Shown: positions 8,589 through 17,633 of the stretch, one piece after another | Layout: each line of letters starts with the position of its first letter | How positions within the stretch are numbered: position 1 is the first letter of the stretch | Assembly: GCA_964603725.1 (NCBI GenBank) | Contig: CAZRWW010000015.1 | Location: forward strand, 18,494-82,493 | From: an uncultured bacterium | GTDB taxonomy: Bacteria > Eisenbacteria > RBG-16-71-46 > CAIMUX01 > WJJG01 | Reading direction: 5' to 3' | DNA length: 64,000 nucleotides | Notes under the pieces: generated by a model | The model's database searches: none | What the model was told of the DNA's origin: nothing | What the model saw: only the letters and a program-made list of their open reading frames with translations | Position numbers and translations under genes: made by a program

Positions 8589-10625
8589 ATGAGAGGTAGG
8601 GTATTGCCGCTCGCGGTTTTGGCTGCGACCCTCGCGCTGGCAGCCACCTTGAGCGCCGGGGCTTCCGTTCCCCGGGTGATCATCGCCGAGGACTTCGGGT
8701 ATCCCGGCTGAAGCTACTGCCCCCATGCCCGGTGCGGGCTGGAAACTGTCCTGGCTGAGTTTGGCGAGCGGCTCATCGTGTCCGAGTGGCACACCTCGGG
8801 TGGCCTCAATATTCCCACCGTGGGCCAGCGGACGAGCTTCTACGGCGTTTCGGGTGTTCCGCACGTGCGGATCGACGGCAAATACTCGCAGGTGGGCGCG
8901 GGCTCTTGCTCCGGCGCGGCCGCGGCCTATCGGAATCTGATCAACACGCGCCTGAACGAGACCGGCGGTCTGGCGCCCGTCAAGGTCGAGGGCGTCTACG
9001 GCACGGATCCCAGCAACATCACGATGCAGGTGACGTGCACTCTGGTCGACGCCGTGACGCTGCAGAGCCCGCGGGTGTATCTCGTGGTCCTCGAGAACAA
9101 TGTCTTCCATCAAGGAACAACCTACCATCATATCGTGCGGGCCGAGTACCATCAGGACGTGTCCCTGCCCACCCAGGGTTCGTCGGTGACGGTCTCCTCG
9201 ACCTTCCCCATCGGAGGCACGTGGAACGTCGACAACATCGAGTGCGTCGCGTTCATCCAGAAGATGACCGGCGATAAGGAGATGTACAACTCGGCCCGCA
9301 TCCCGCTGCCGGCCGACTTCGAGTTCGCCTGGGATCAGACGCTCGTGTCGGTGCCCCAGGGCAACGGATTGGCCGAGTTCACCGGCCTGCTGACGAACAT
9401 CAGCGACGATCCGGATCAGCTGACCCTCACGCTGGACAACACCTTCGGCTGGCCGGCCGAGTTCATGGTCGAGGGCGAGGCTGGTTATCATACGACCCCC
9501 AGCATCATCAGCCTGAGCTCGCAGGAAGACGTGCAGGTCTTCATGCGCGTGCACACCGACACGCAGGTGCGCATCGGCACGGGCAACTTCATCGTGCACT
9601 CCGCCCTCACGGACCGCACGCAGCTCTCCTCCGTGCGCGTGTTCAACGGCAGCCCGGCCGTCCTCCTGGTCGACGACGACAACGGGATCCAGCCGACCCA
9701 GGAGCTCTTCGTCACGGCCCTCAATGCCAACAGCTATTTGTTCGACATCTGGGACGTGAAGCTCGGCCACGGCTCGGCGGCGCCCGCGCTGGACGACATG
9801 ATGCCCTACGACCTCATCGTGTGGATCACCGGCTGGGAAACCTATCAGCCGGTGACGCCGGCGGATGGCGAGAACCTCATGGACTTCATGGATCTGGGCA
9901 GGGGCGTCTTCATCTCGGCCCAGGACCTGACGACCGCCTTCCCCGTCGGGCACACCTTCCTGGTCGATTACCTCGGAATCGGTTCGTACACGACCAACGT
10001 CGGCGCTCTCCAGGCCAACGGCGCAGCCGGGGATCCGATCGGCGACGGCCTGCATTTGACGCTCACGTATCCGCTCACCTCGGTGAACCGGGCCGACGAG
10101 TACATCGCCAACGCGATCGGGACGCAGTTCATGACGAATCAGACCGGCCGGCCGATCGCGGTGCGGGCGGACAACGGCACGGCGCGCAGCGTGGCGCTGG
10201 GATTCGCCGGTGAGGCCATCGACGCCAACCCCAACCCCAACAACTGCACCGTGCTCTTGGGCCGGGCCCTCGATTGGATCTACGCGGCTCAGAGCCAGGG
10301 CGTGGCGGAGCGGGACGTCAAGCTCGTCTCCCACATCGGCGTCATCAGCCCGAACCCGTTCAGCTTCCATGGCGCGGGCAATGAGGCCGCCATCCGGCTG
10401 CGGCTGAGCAGCCAGGCGCTGCAGTCGCCGGTCCGGGTGGACATCCTGGACCTGAACGGGCGGCTTGTGCGCAACGTGCTCAACACGACGCTGGCGAGCG
10501 GCTCGACCGCGGCAGCCTGGAACGGGCTCGACGCCGGCGGCCGGCCGGTGGGCTCGGGCGTCTACTACGCTCGTCTGACGACCAGCGAGGGCACGCACAG
10601 CGCCCGCCTGGTGGTCATGCGTTAG
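8589..10625 (+). CDS. secreted thioredoxin-fold putative selenoprotein (paralog A) with in-frame TGA (Sec) at 8709..8711 and T9SS/FlgD-Ig C-terminal domain
   Basis: ORFs 8490..8711 and 8778..10625 share a frame with no other stop between them. Reading through TGA gives signal peptide, then VPRVIIAEDFGYPG-U-SYCPHARCG, then a Trx cis-Pro region GVSGVPHVRIDGK. RBS ggaggga lies before ATG 8589. The C-terminus DILDLNGRLVRNV...GSGVYYARL is a T9SS-type tail. Confidence 0.65.
8709..8745 (+). other. Sec-UGA plus candidate bacterial SECIS hairpin (GCCCGGUGCGGGC at 8727..8739, 15 nt after UGA)
   Basis: The identical hairpin at identical spacing follows the TGA in all three paralogs. Flanking bases differ between paralogs while the hairpin is preserved. 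Confidence 0.5.
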
Positions 10626-10695
10626 CGTACACCGGCGTCGCGGCGGCGAGCAGCGTCAAACCGGTGATGCGGCCGCCGGCCGGACGTGCTGTTGA

Positions 10696-10731
10696 GAAGG
10701 CCGGGTCCCGCCGGGGCCCGGCCTTCCTGTT
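10696..10731 (+). terminator. GC-rich hairpin (GAAGGCCGGG...CCCGGCCTTC) followed by CTGTT, candidate terminator after paralog A
   Basis: 10-bp perfect inverted repeat read directly. Lies 70 nt after the TAG of paralog A. Confidence 0.45.
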
Positions 10732-10922
10732 AGGCCCCGGTGTGCCCCCGTGATAGAATCCCGCCGTGATCATCCAGGATCCTGAAGGGCGGGCGCGCCG
10801 TCCGCGACCCGGCAATGCGAGCGGTTGACCCAGGTTCCGGCGGCGGCGACGGAGGACTCTCGCTGGCGAAGGCCGCCGGCTCAGGTCGGCCCGGGACCAG
10901 GTGCCGAATGGGAGGAGCCACG

Positions 10923-12965
10923 ATGAGCATGAAGAGGCTGAGGCTGTCTCTGGCCGCTCTGGGCGCGGCCGTCGCGCTGGCGGCGCCCATGAGCGCGGGA
11001 GCGTCGGTCGCGCGCGTGATCATGGCGGAGGACTTCGGGTACCCCGGCTGAGGTTTCTGTCCCCATGCCCGGTGCGGGCTGGAAATGATGCTCACCGAAT
11101 TCGGAGAGCAGCTCTTGGTGGCCGAATGGCACACCTCGGGCGGCCTCAACATCCCCACGGTCGGTCAACGCACGAGCTTCTACGGCGTGTCCGGTGTTCC
11201 GCACGTCAGGATCGACGGTAAGTACTCGGTGATCGGAGCCTCGTCCTGCACGGGCGCGGCCGCGAACTACCGCAACATGATCAACACGCGTCTGTCCGAG
11301 ACCGGCGGGCTTTCGCCGGTCGACATCACGGCCGTGCACTCGGTCAGCGCCACCGGCGTCTGGGTGTCGGCGACCTTCACTCTGGTGGATCCGGTGACGC
11401 TGGTCAGCCCCAGTGCCTATCTGATGGTGCTGGAGGACGATGTGCTCCATCTCGGAACCGTCTACGACCACATCGTGCGGGCCGAGTATCACGAGCCCGT
11501 CATCCTGACCAACCCCGGAGATCACGTCACCGTCGAAACCACCTTCCCGATCCAGGGGTGGAACGTCGACAACATCCAGTGTGTCGTCTTCCTCCAGAAG
11601 ATGACGGGCGACAAGGAGATGTACAACGCCAGGAAGGCTCCCATGGTCAGCGACTTCCGCTTCGCCTGGGAGGCCTCGATCATCTCCATCCCCGCCAGGA
11701 ACGGCACGGCAGCTTTCGAGGGCACCCTGACGAACATCAGCGACGGGTCGGACCAGCTCACGCTGACCCTGGACAACACCTTCGGGTGGCCGGCGGAGTT
11801 CATGGTCACGGGCGAGGCAGGCTACCACACCACGCCCAGCACCATCGCGCTGGATCCGCAGGAGCAGGTGGGAATCTACCTGCGGGTGCACACGGATAAC
11901 CAGCTACGCATCGGCGAGGGGCAGCTGGCGGTCTTCTCGGCGGTCAGCGAGCGCACGGCCTACTATCCGGCGCGGGTCTTCAACGGCAGCCAGGCGATCC
12001 TCTTTGTCGACGACGACAACGGCGTCCACCCCACGGAGCAGCCGTTCATCACCGCCCTGAACAACGGCGGCTACCTGTTCGATCGCTGGGACGTCCGGGT
12101 CGAGCACGGAGCCATGGCCCCGGACTTCGAGGTGATGCAGCCCTACGACATCGTGCTGTGGGCGACGGGCTATGACTACTCCGACATCATCACGCCGGCC
12201 AACGCCGGGGACTTGATGGCGTTCATGGACCAGGGCAAGGGCGTGATTCTCTCGAGCGCCGACTTCCTGAACGGGTTCACCGCGGGCAACACGTTTCTGA
12301 CCGACTATCTCGGCATCGCGACTTTCCAGACCAATGTGGGCGCGACCCAGGCGACCGGCGTGGGCGGCGATCCGATCAGCGGCGGCATGAGTCTCACGCT
12401 CGAGTACCCGCATTCGAGCTACAACCGCGCGGACCGCATCACGGCCAGTCCCATCGGAACGATCAACTTCCACAACCAGTCCAGCTACCCGATTGGCGTG
12501 CGGGCCGACAACGGCACGGCGCGCGCGGTCACCTTCACCTTTGCCGCCACGGCGGTCGTCGCGGGCGCCCATCCCAACAACCTGACCACGTTGATCGACC
12601 GGTCGATCGATTGGATCTGGGAGGCGCAGAGCCAGGGCGTTGCGGAGCCCGGCGGACCGGTGCGCGCCTCGCGCATCAGCAGCGTGCGTCCCAATCCGGT
12701 CGGCCCCGCGTCGGGCGGGGGCGCCGCGACGTTCCAGCTGACGCTCACGAACCGGGCCGCGGCGGCGCCCGTGCGCGTCGACGTGCTCGACCTGAACGGC
12801 CGGCTCGTGCGCAACGTCTGCGAAGCCCCGCTGCCGGCCGGCACCTCCAGCGTGAGCTGGGACGGCCGCGACGCGCTCGGCCACCCGGTGAGCGCGGGGA
12901 TCTACTACGCGCGGCTGGCGACGAGCGAGGGTGAGAGCAGCCGCCGCGTGGTGGTCGTGAGGTAG
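10923..12965 (+). CDS. secreted thioredoxin-fold putative selenoprotein (paralog B) with in-frame TGA (Sec) at 11049..11051 and T9SS-type C-terminal domain
   Basis: ORFs 10815..11051 and 11085..12965 are in frame. Readthrough gives VARVIMAEDFGYPG-U-GFCPHARCG. RBS gggaggag lies before ATG 10923. The hairpin is at 11067..11079. About 70% identical to paralog A along its length. Confidence 0.65.
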
Positions 12966-13016
12966 CTCGCGCGTCCAGTCAGAGGAGCCACAGAGGAACA
13001 ACCAGAGCTCGACCTG

Positions 13017-13056
13017 CCGGGGAGTCGCGCGAGGCGCGCGGCTCCCCGGCGTTCTT
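13017..13056. terminator. bidirectional GC hairpin (CCGGGGAG-loop-CTCCCCGG) between convergent genes
   Basis: Perfect 8-bp stem with a palindromic CGCGCG core, followed by GTTCTT. Sits between the stop of paralog B (12965) and the AOR-like gene stop (13150). Confidence 0.5.
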
Positions 13057-13149
13057 GACCGTTCCGTCGCCGACGCCCGCCGCGGGCGCATGGCTTCTCT
13101 GGGCCGCGCCGGCCGCGGATGGGTACGCTCGTGCGGCGGCCTGGCTGCC

Positions 13150-15264
13150 TCAGAACTCCCGCAGCGACTCGTGGATGCCCTTGAGCGTCTCGAACCAGAA
13201 GTCGAGCGCCGCCTCGTCGGGCTCCTGGCGGAAGCGCTCCAGCCAATGCAGCAGTTCGCGGGACTGGTCACCGTCCACCTCGCAGCGGCGCTCCATGAAG
13301 CGGTGAACGAAGTCGAGGTTGCGCCGAGACTCCCAGTAGACGGAGGCGTTGCGGCTGTTGATGCGGCTGGCCGTGCGGTGGATGTTGACGAGGAAGCGAT
13401 CCCGCAGGCCCCACAGCGAGTCCATGACCTCGGGCAGCATCTCCTCCGCCCACTTGCGGTGGAATCGGCACATGCCCAGATCATCCAGGATCAGCTCGGC
13501 GCGCAAGCGCTCCGCTCCCCGCCGCCCGAGCTCGCGCGGCGGTAGGAAGTCGGCGTCGTAGTGCATGTAATACTTGCCCATGATCGCCATCGGTGACAGC
13601 ACGCCCGGCGTCCAGTACTGGTTGGGCACCATCCAGCCGCGGCGCGCGAAGGCGGTGTAGAGGAACGGGTCGAGCACGCGCTTGCCCCGCTCGCGCGCCA
13701 GGCGGCGGGCGAGCTTGCGGGCGCCCTCGCTCAGGTCGAGCACGCCCCGGCGAGCGATGATGGCGTCGAGCAGCGCCGCGCCCAGCCGGGCGTTGTGCAT
13801 CGAATCGCCCTCGAGCGAGAACTCCCGCAAGGAGAGCTGGCCCCGCGAGGTTCCGGCCGTCGCCGCTCCGCCGGCCGACGCGCTGCCGCTCGACGTGCCG
13901 CTCGACGTGCCGCCCGCGGATGCACGGGCCGCGGGGGCCGCCGCGAACACCGGCAGCTCCGTCACCCCCAGGTCTTTCGGGGCCAGGTATCCTTCGGCGA
14001 GGCACTCCATCAGCCACGCCAGCACGCCGCCGGCGGAGATGGCGTCGAAGCCCAGGGTGTCGGCGCGGCCGTTGAGCAGCTCGGCCGCGCGCTGGTCGAA
14101 GATGCCGCACAGGGGGCCCATCGTCTGGTAGGGTTCGTAGTCCTTCTTGTACTCCGCCCGCATCTTCTTGCACACCGCGCTGCAGGGCTCGCCGCATGTG
14201 CGCTGGCTCTTGGTCGCGATCGTCTCCTCGTTGAACTGCTTCAGGTAGTGGTTGGCGATGAAGCGCTCGTGCAACGCCAGACGATCCGCCTCGCTCATGA
14301 AGATGCTGCGGTAGTTGAAGGCCAGGACGCGCCCACCCAGCGTCGCGAAGTTCACGCCGAAGGTGCCGCCCGTGCCAAACTTGGGGTCGAAGCGGTACTT
14401 GAGCGTGGACTCGAGATCCTTTGCGGCCAGACGCTTCCGGTACTTCTCCTCGAACCAGCGGTCGGCCACCTGGCGGTCGCGGAAGTCCTCGTCAATGAAG
14501 GTGCCGCCGTAGATCACGCCCACCAGACCGTGCTCGCGGTAGAGCTTGCTGCCGAGCCCACCCCGGCCCGCCCACGTGTCGACGAACGTGATCCGGCCGT
14601 CCTTGATCGGCGCTGAAGCGATCGCGCCGAAGTCGGTGACCTCGGCCGCGGGCCCGACGGCCAGGATGCGCGGATCGGTTTCATAGGCGCTGCCGCACTG
14701 CGCGAGCGCGTGCTGCATCACGCCGTAGACGCCGCCGCGGCCGGTCGACCACAGGACGCGCGGATCGACCGGGAGGAGATCGACCTGGATCTCCTCGCCG
14801 TGCACGCGGTTCAGGACGAGCAGGGAGCGGCGTTGGGCGCGGCCCACGAGCGAGATCATGTTCACGCCCAGGTTGTCGAAGACCAACCCGGCGCCGCCCA
14901 TCGAAGACACGAAGAAGCCGCTCCAGCAGGGCGAGAAGCCGTTCACGATGAGCCGGTTCGAGCCCGGGAAGATCGAGCCGGCAAGCAGGCCGACGCCGAT
15001 GTTGAGGCTGTTGTGGCGGCCGGCCAGGTGGAGCCCCAGATCCACCGGCCCGAAGAAGTCGCCCAGCGCGAAGCGCCGCACGCGATAGAAGCCGGTGGCC
15101 AGGTCCACGAGCAGAACCCGGATGGTCTGGGCGCGGAATTCCGGACGCGCTTCCCGGGCCGACTCGCCAGCTGGCTCCGCGGCCGAGTTAGCGACCGGGT
15201 CCGGGGGCGATCCCAAGGGTGATCCCAAAGGCGATTCCGAGGGCGATTCCGAGGGCGATTCCAT
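13150..15264 (-). CDS. aldehyde:ferredoxin oxidoreductase (AOR) family protein, divergent
   Basis: The N-terminal domain resembles AOR: TIRVLLVDLATG...GGAGLVFDNLGVNMISLVG. Cys cluster TCGEPCSAVCKK is C-x3-C-x3-C rather than the canonical C-x2-C-x3-C. The N-terminal 20 aa (ESPS/LGSP repeats) are encoded by a 12-bp tandem repeat. Start uncertain. Confidence 0.55.
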   Translation of the reverse strand: MESPSESPSESPLGSPLGSPPDPVANSAAEPAGESAREARPEFRAQTIRVLLVDLATGFYRVRRFALGDFFGPVDLGLHLAGRHNSLNIGVGLLAGSIFPGSNRLIVNGFSPCWSGFFVSSMGGAGLVFDNLGVNMISLVGRAQRRSLLVLNRVHGEEIQVDLLPVDPRVLWSTGRGGVYGVMQHALAQCGSAYETDPRILAVGPAAEVTDFGAIASAPIKDGRITFVDTWAGRGGLGSKLYREHGLVGVIYGGTFIDEDFRDRQVADRWFEEKYRKRLAAKDLESTLKYRFDPKFGTGGTFGVNFATLGGRVLAFNYRSIFMSEADRLALHERFIANHYLKQFNEETIATKSQRTCGEPCSAVCKKMRAEYKKDYEPYQTMGPLCGIFDQRAAELLNGRADTLGFDAISAGGVLAWLMECLAEGYLAPKDLGVTELPVFAAAPAARASAGGTSSGTSSGSASAGGAATAGTSRGQLSLREFSLEGDSMHNARLGAALLDAIIARRGVLDLSEGARKLARRLARERGKRVLDPFLYTAFARRGWMVPNQYWTPGVLSPMAIMGKYYMHYDADFLPPRELGRRGAERLRAELILDDLGMCRFHRKWAEEMLPEVMDSLWGLRDRFLVNIHRTASRINSRNASVYWESRRNLDFVHRFMERRCEVDGDQSRELLHWLERFRQEPDEAALDFWFETLKGIHESLREF
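15204..15263. repeat. 5 x 12-bp tandem repeat (RGGYGATYCCRA) encoding the N-terminal SPSESPSESPLGSPLGSP of the AOR-like protein
   Basis: Read directly from the sequence. Confidence 0.7.
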
Positions 15265-15276
15265 GAGCGACCTCCC

Positions 15277-15305
15277 GTTGGCGCCACAACTCCGTGTGCT
15301 ATAAT
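15277..15305 (+). promoter_or_regulatory. sigma-70-type promoter with extended -10: TTGGCG-N17-TGcTATAAT
   Basis: Perfect TATAAT (15300..15305) with a TG extension at 15297..15298 and a 4/6 -35 at 17-nt spacing. This is a rare sequence in a 70% GC genome. It is oriented toward paralog C (start 15416). Confidence 0.45.
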
Positions 15306-15415
15306 GAGGCCGATGGCCTGCCGGCGCGAGCCCCCCGCGAGCCGGGTGCTCATCTCTTTGCCCGCTGGGGAATTGCGCCGGATTGTCCCGCTACTCCGCC
15401 ACGCGGGGGGATGGC

Positions 15416-16600
15416 ATGTCGGCGCGGGATGGGATCGCTCGGCGGCACGCGCGGCGCCTGGCCGCAGGTTCCGCCGCGCGCCTGGAGGCGGGCTCGGCCG
15501 AACGCCTGGCCGCGGGCTCGGCCGCGCGCCTGGCCGTCGGTCTCGCCTGGCTGCTCGCCTGGCTGATGCCGGCAGCTCAGCCGACCGCCGCCTCGATGGC
15601 AAAGGTGATTCTGGCCGAGTCGTTCACCGCGACATGGTGAGGGCCTTGCACGCACGCCCGGTGCGGGCTGCAGGTGGTCCAGGCGGAGTTCGGCAGCCAG
15701 CTCATTGTCGCCAATCATCACCAGGACGACATGTTCGAGATTCCGTGGGTGGAGACCAGGTCCAATCTCTACGGGGCCGGCTGCATGCCGCACGTGCGCA
15801 TCGACGGCAAGTTCGCCATTCGCGGCGCGCAGAGCTGTAGCTGGGCCGCCGCCCAATACCGCACGGCGATCCAACAACGGCTGGCCGAGACCGAGGGCGT
15901 GAGCCCGGTCGAGATCGCCGGGGCCTACTTCGTCGGGGCCGACTCGGTGTACGTGGCGGCCACCTTCACGCTGACGGAATCAGCCGCCCTGCCCGACACG
16001 CGCGGCTACCTGCTGATGCTCGTGGATGGTCTCTGCTGGGCCTCGGTCTACTACGATCGCGTGACGCAGGGTGCCCACGAGCAGAGCGTGACCCTCAACC
16101 AGCCCGATGACGAAGCCACCATCGCGGCGGCATTTGCGCGCCAACCGGGGTGGGATTCTGATGATATTCATTGCCTGGCCTTCATCCAGTGCCTGAGCGA
16201 CAGCCTCGAGGTGCATCAGGCGACCTGGCTCAGCGAGATCTCCGCCCGGGTCCCCGAAGATCCGGCTCCCGCCTGGCGGGGCCGGATGTGGGCCAGCCCC
16301 AATCCCTTCCCGGCCTCGCGCGGGCTGCTGCGCGTCGGCTTCGCGGAGCGGGTTCTCCAGTCGACCGACATGGGCCTCGCGGGAACCCCGGGCGGCGCGG
16401 CGTGGGGGCCCGTGGAAGTCCTGGACGGACAGGGTCGGCTGGTCGCACAGATCGGGCACGATCCGTCGGCCGGCGCCGGGTGCGTCGCCCAATGGGATGG
16501 CCGCGACGGCCGGGGGCTTCCTCTGCCGCCCGGGGCCTATTGGATTCGCGCCCGGGACGGCCGCGCTGCGACGGCCACGCGGGTCATCCTTGTCCGCTGA
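15416..16600 (+). CDS. secreted thioredoxin-fold putative selenoprotein (paralog C, shorter) with in-frame TGA (Sec) at 15638..15640 and T9SS-type C-terminal domain
   Basis: ORFs 15383..15640 and 15674..16600 are in frame. Readthrough gives AKVILAESFTATW-U-GPCTHARCG, i.e. the Trx signature WCGPC with Sec as the first residue. The cis-Pro region is GAGCMPHVRIDGKF. The hairpin is at 15656..15668. The start may be 15383 (TTG) or 15416 (ATG). Confidence 0.65.
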
Positions 16601-16753
16601 TTCCGCCCCCCCTGGGGCAAAGGCCTTACTTCCATTCTCCCCGATCCCCTCCCATCGAGAGCTTCTTTTCGGGCTGACAGCCGGGGCGCGACGTGTTACG
16701 ATGCGCGGCCAAACTGATTCCAGGATCGGACTTACGCTAGGGGGAGGCCCGCA

Positions 16754-17134
16754 ATGATGTACCGCTGGCACGCCGGGTACGTCGCCTGGCTGCTCAACCG
16801 CATCACCGGCATCGCCATCACCTTCTACCTGGTCCTGCACATCTGGGTGATCCATCACCTGGCGCAAGGGCCGGAGAAGTACGGCAAGGTGATGGCGTTC
16901 CTCAGCAGCAAGCTCTTCATGCTCTTCGAAATCGCGCTGATCGGTGCGGTGCTGTATCACATGATGAACGGCATTCGCATCGTGTTGGTCGATCTCGGCA
17001 AGAGCGTCCAGAATCACAAGACCACCTTCTGGGTGCTGATGGGGATCGGCGTGGTCCTCTACGTCCTGTGCGTCTGGGAACTGGTCGGGGGCTTGTTCGC
17101 CGCGACTCACGCGGCACCGGCGCCGCACGCCTAG
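16754..17134 (+). CDS. sdhC: succinate dehydrogenase cytochrome b subunit
   Basis: Three TM helices with His ligands (LVLHIWVIHHL, VLYHMMNGIRIVLVD). First gene of the sdhCDAB order. Confidence 0.8.
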   Translation: MMYRWHAGYVAWLLNRITGIAITFYLVLHIWVIHHLAQGPEKYGKVMAFLSSKLFMLFEIALIGAVLYHMMNGIRIVLVDLGKSVQNHKTTFWVLMGIGVVLYVLCVWELVGGLFAATHAAPAPHA

Positions 17135-17216
17135 CGCCGGCCGCCTGGTGCCGCACGCCCAGCCTCGCTGGCGGGCGTAGCGTTCACCGCGGGCCGCCAT
17201 ACAGGAGGAAGGGAAG

Positions 17217-17576
17217 ATGCAGGACAGAGGAATCGGATCGGGCGGGGCGCTGCAGTGGCTGTTCCAGCGCATCACGGGGATTGTCCTGGTCCCGATCCTG
17301 TTGGCGCACCTCTTGACGATGCACCGCTACCACCAGCACGGACTGGCCTGGAACGACGTCATCGCTCTGTTCAACAAGCCTTACTGGAAGGTGCTGGAAG
17401 TGTCGTTCCTCGTGATCGCGCTCTATCACGCGGTCAATGGAGCCTACGTGATCGTGCAGGACTACGTGAAGAAGCCCGGCTGGCGCCTCGCCATCTACGG
17501 GGCGCTCCTCGTGCTGGCCGTGGTTCTGCTGGCCTTCGGGCTCGTCACGGTCTTTACGGTCAAGCAGCCGGTCTAG
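17217..17576 (+). CDS. sdhD: succinate dehydrogenase hydrophobic membrane anchor subunit
   Basis: RITGIVLVPILLAHL...IALYHAVNGAYVIVQDY. Sits between sdhC and sdhA. Confidence 0.8.
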   Translation: MQDRGIGSGGALQWLFQRITGIVLVPILLAHLLTMHRYHQHGLAWNDVIALFNKPYWKVLEVSFLVIALYHAVNGAYVIVQDYVKKPGWRLAIYGALLVLAVVLLAFGLVTVFTVKQPV

Positions 17577-17633
17577 GCCGGCGCGGCAGTCAGCGCACAC
17601 AGGCAGGATCCGGCCACATAGAGGAACAGGACC

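Noticed and set aside
8709-8711. Alternative reading of the three TGAs as ordinary stops: a small leader peptide ORF followed by an independent downstream gene starting at GTG 8778 / ATG 11085 / ATG 15674.
   Set aside because: Frames are continuous in all three paralogs. The stop falls precisely at the Cys position of WCGPC/CxxC. Without the upstream segment the downstream protein would lack both its signal peptide and the first beta-strand of the Trx fold. A pseudogene explanation would require the same mutation three times.
8493-10598. 701-aa minus-strand ORF, and similar long ORFs at 1148..2359(-), 2677..3735(-), 11904..13484(-), 17184..18806(-), 20735..21952(-), 23562..24602(-), 25371..27056(-), 35287..37323(+), 39444..42716(-), 44559..45755(+), 47648..49291(+), 48990..51860(+), 51583..53970(+), 54034..55728(+), 60540..62345(-).
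   Set aside because: They are antisense or out of frame to genes with clear family signatures. Their translations are Arg/Ala/Pro/Gly-rich with no motifs. Long stop-free alternative frames are expected at 70% GC.
10735-10760. tRNA-like T-arm resemblance (gatagaatccc) between paralogs A and B.
   Set aside because: No acceptor stem or anticodon arm could be built. No credible tRNA, tRNA-Sec or CRISPR array was seen anywhere in the window.
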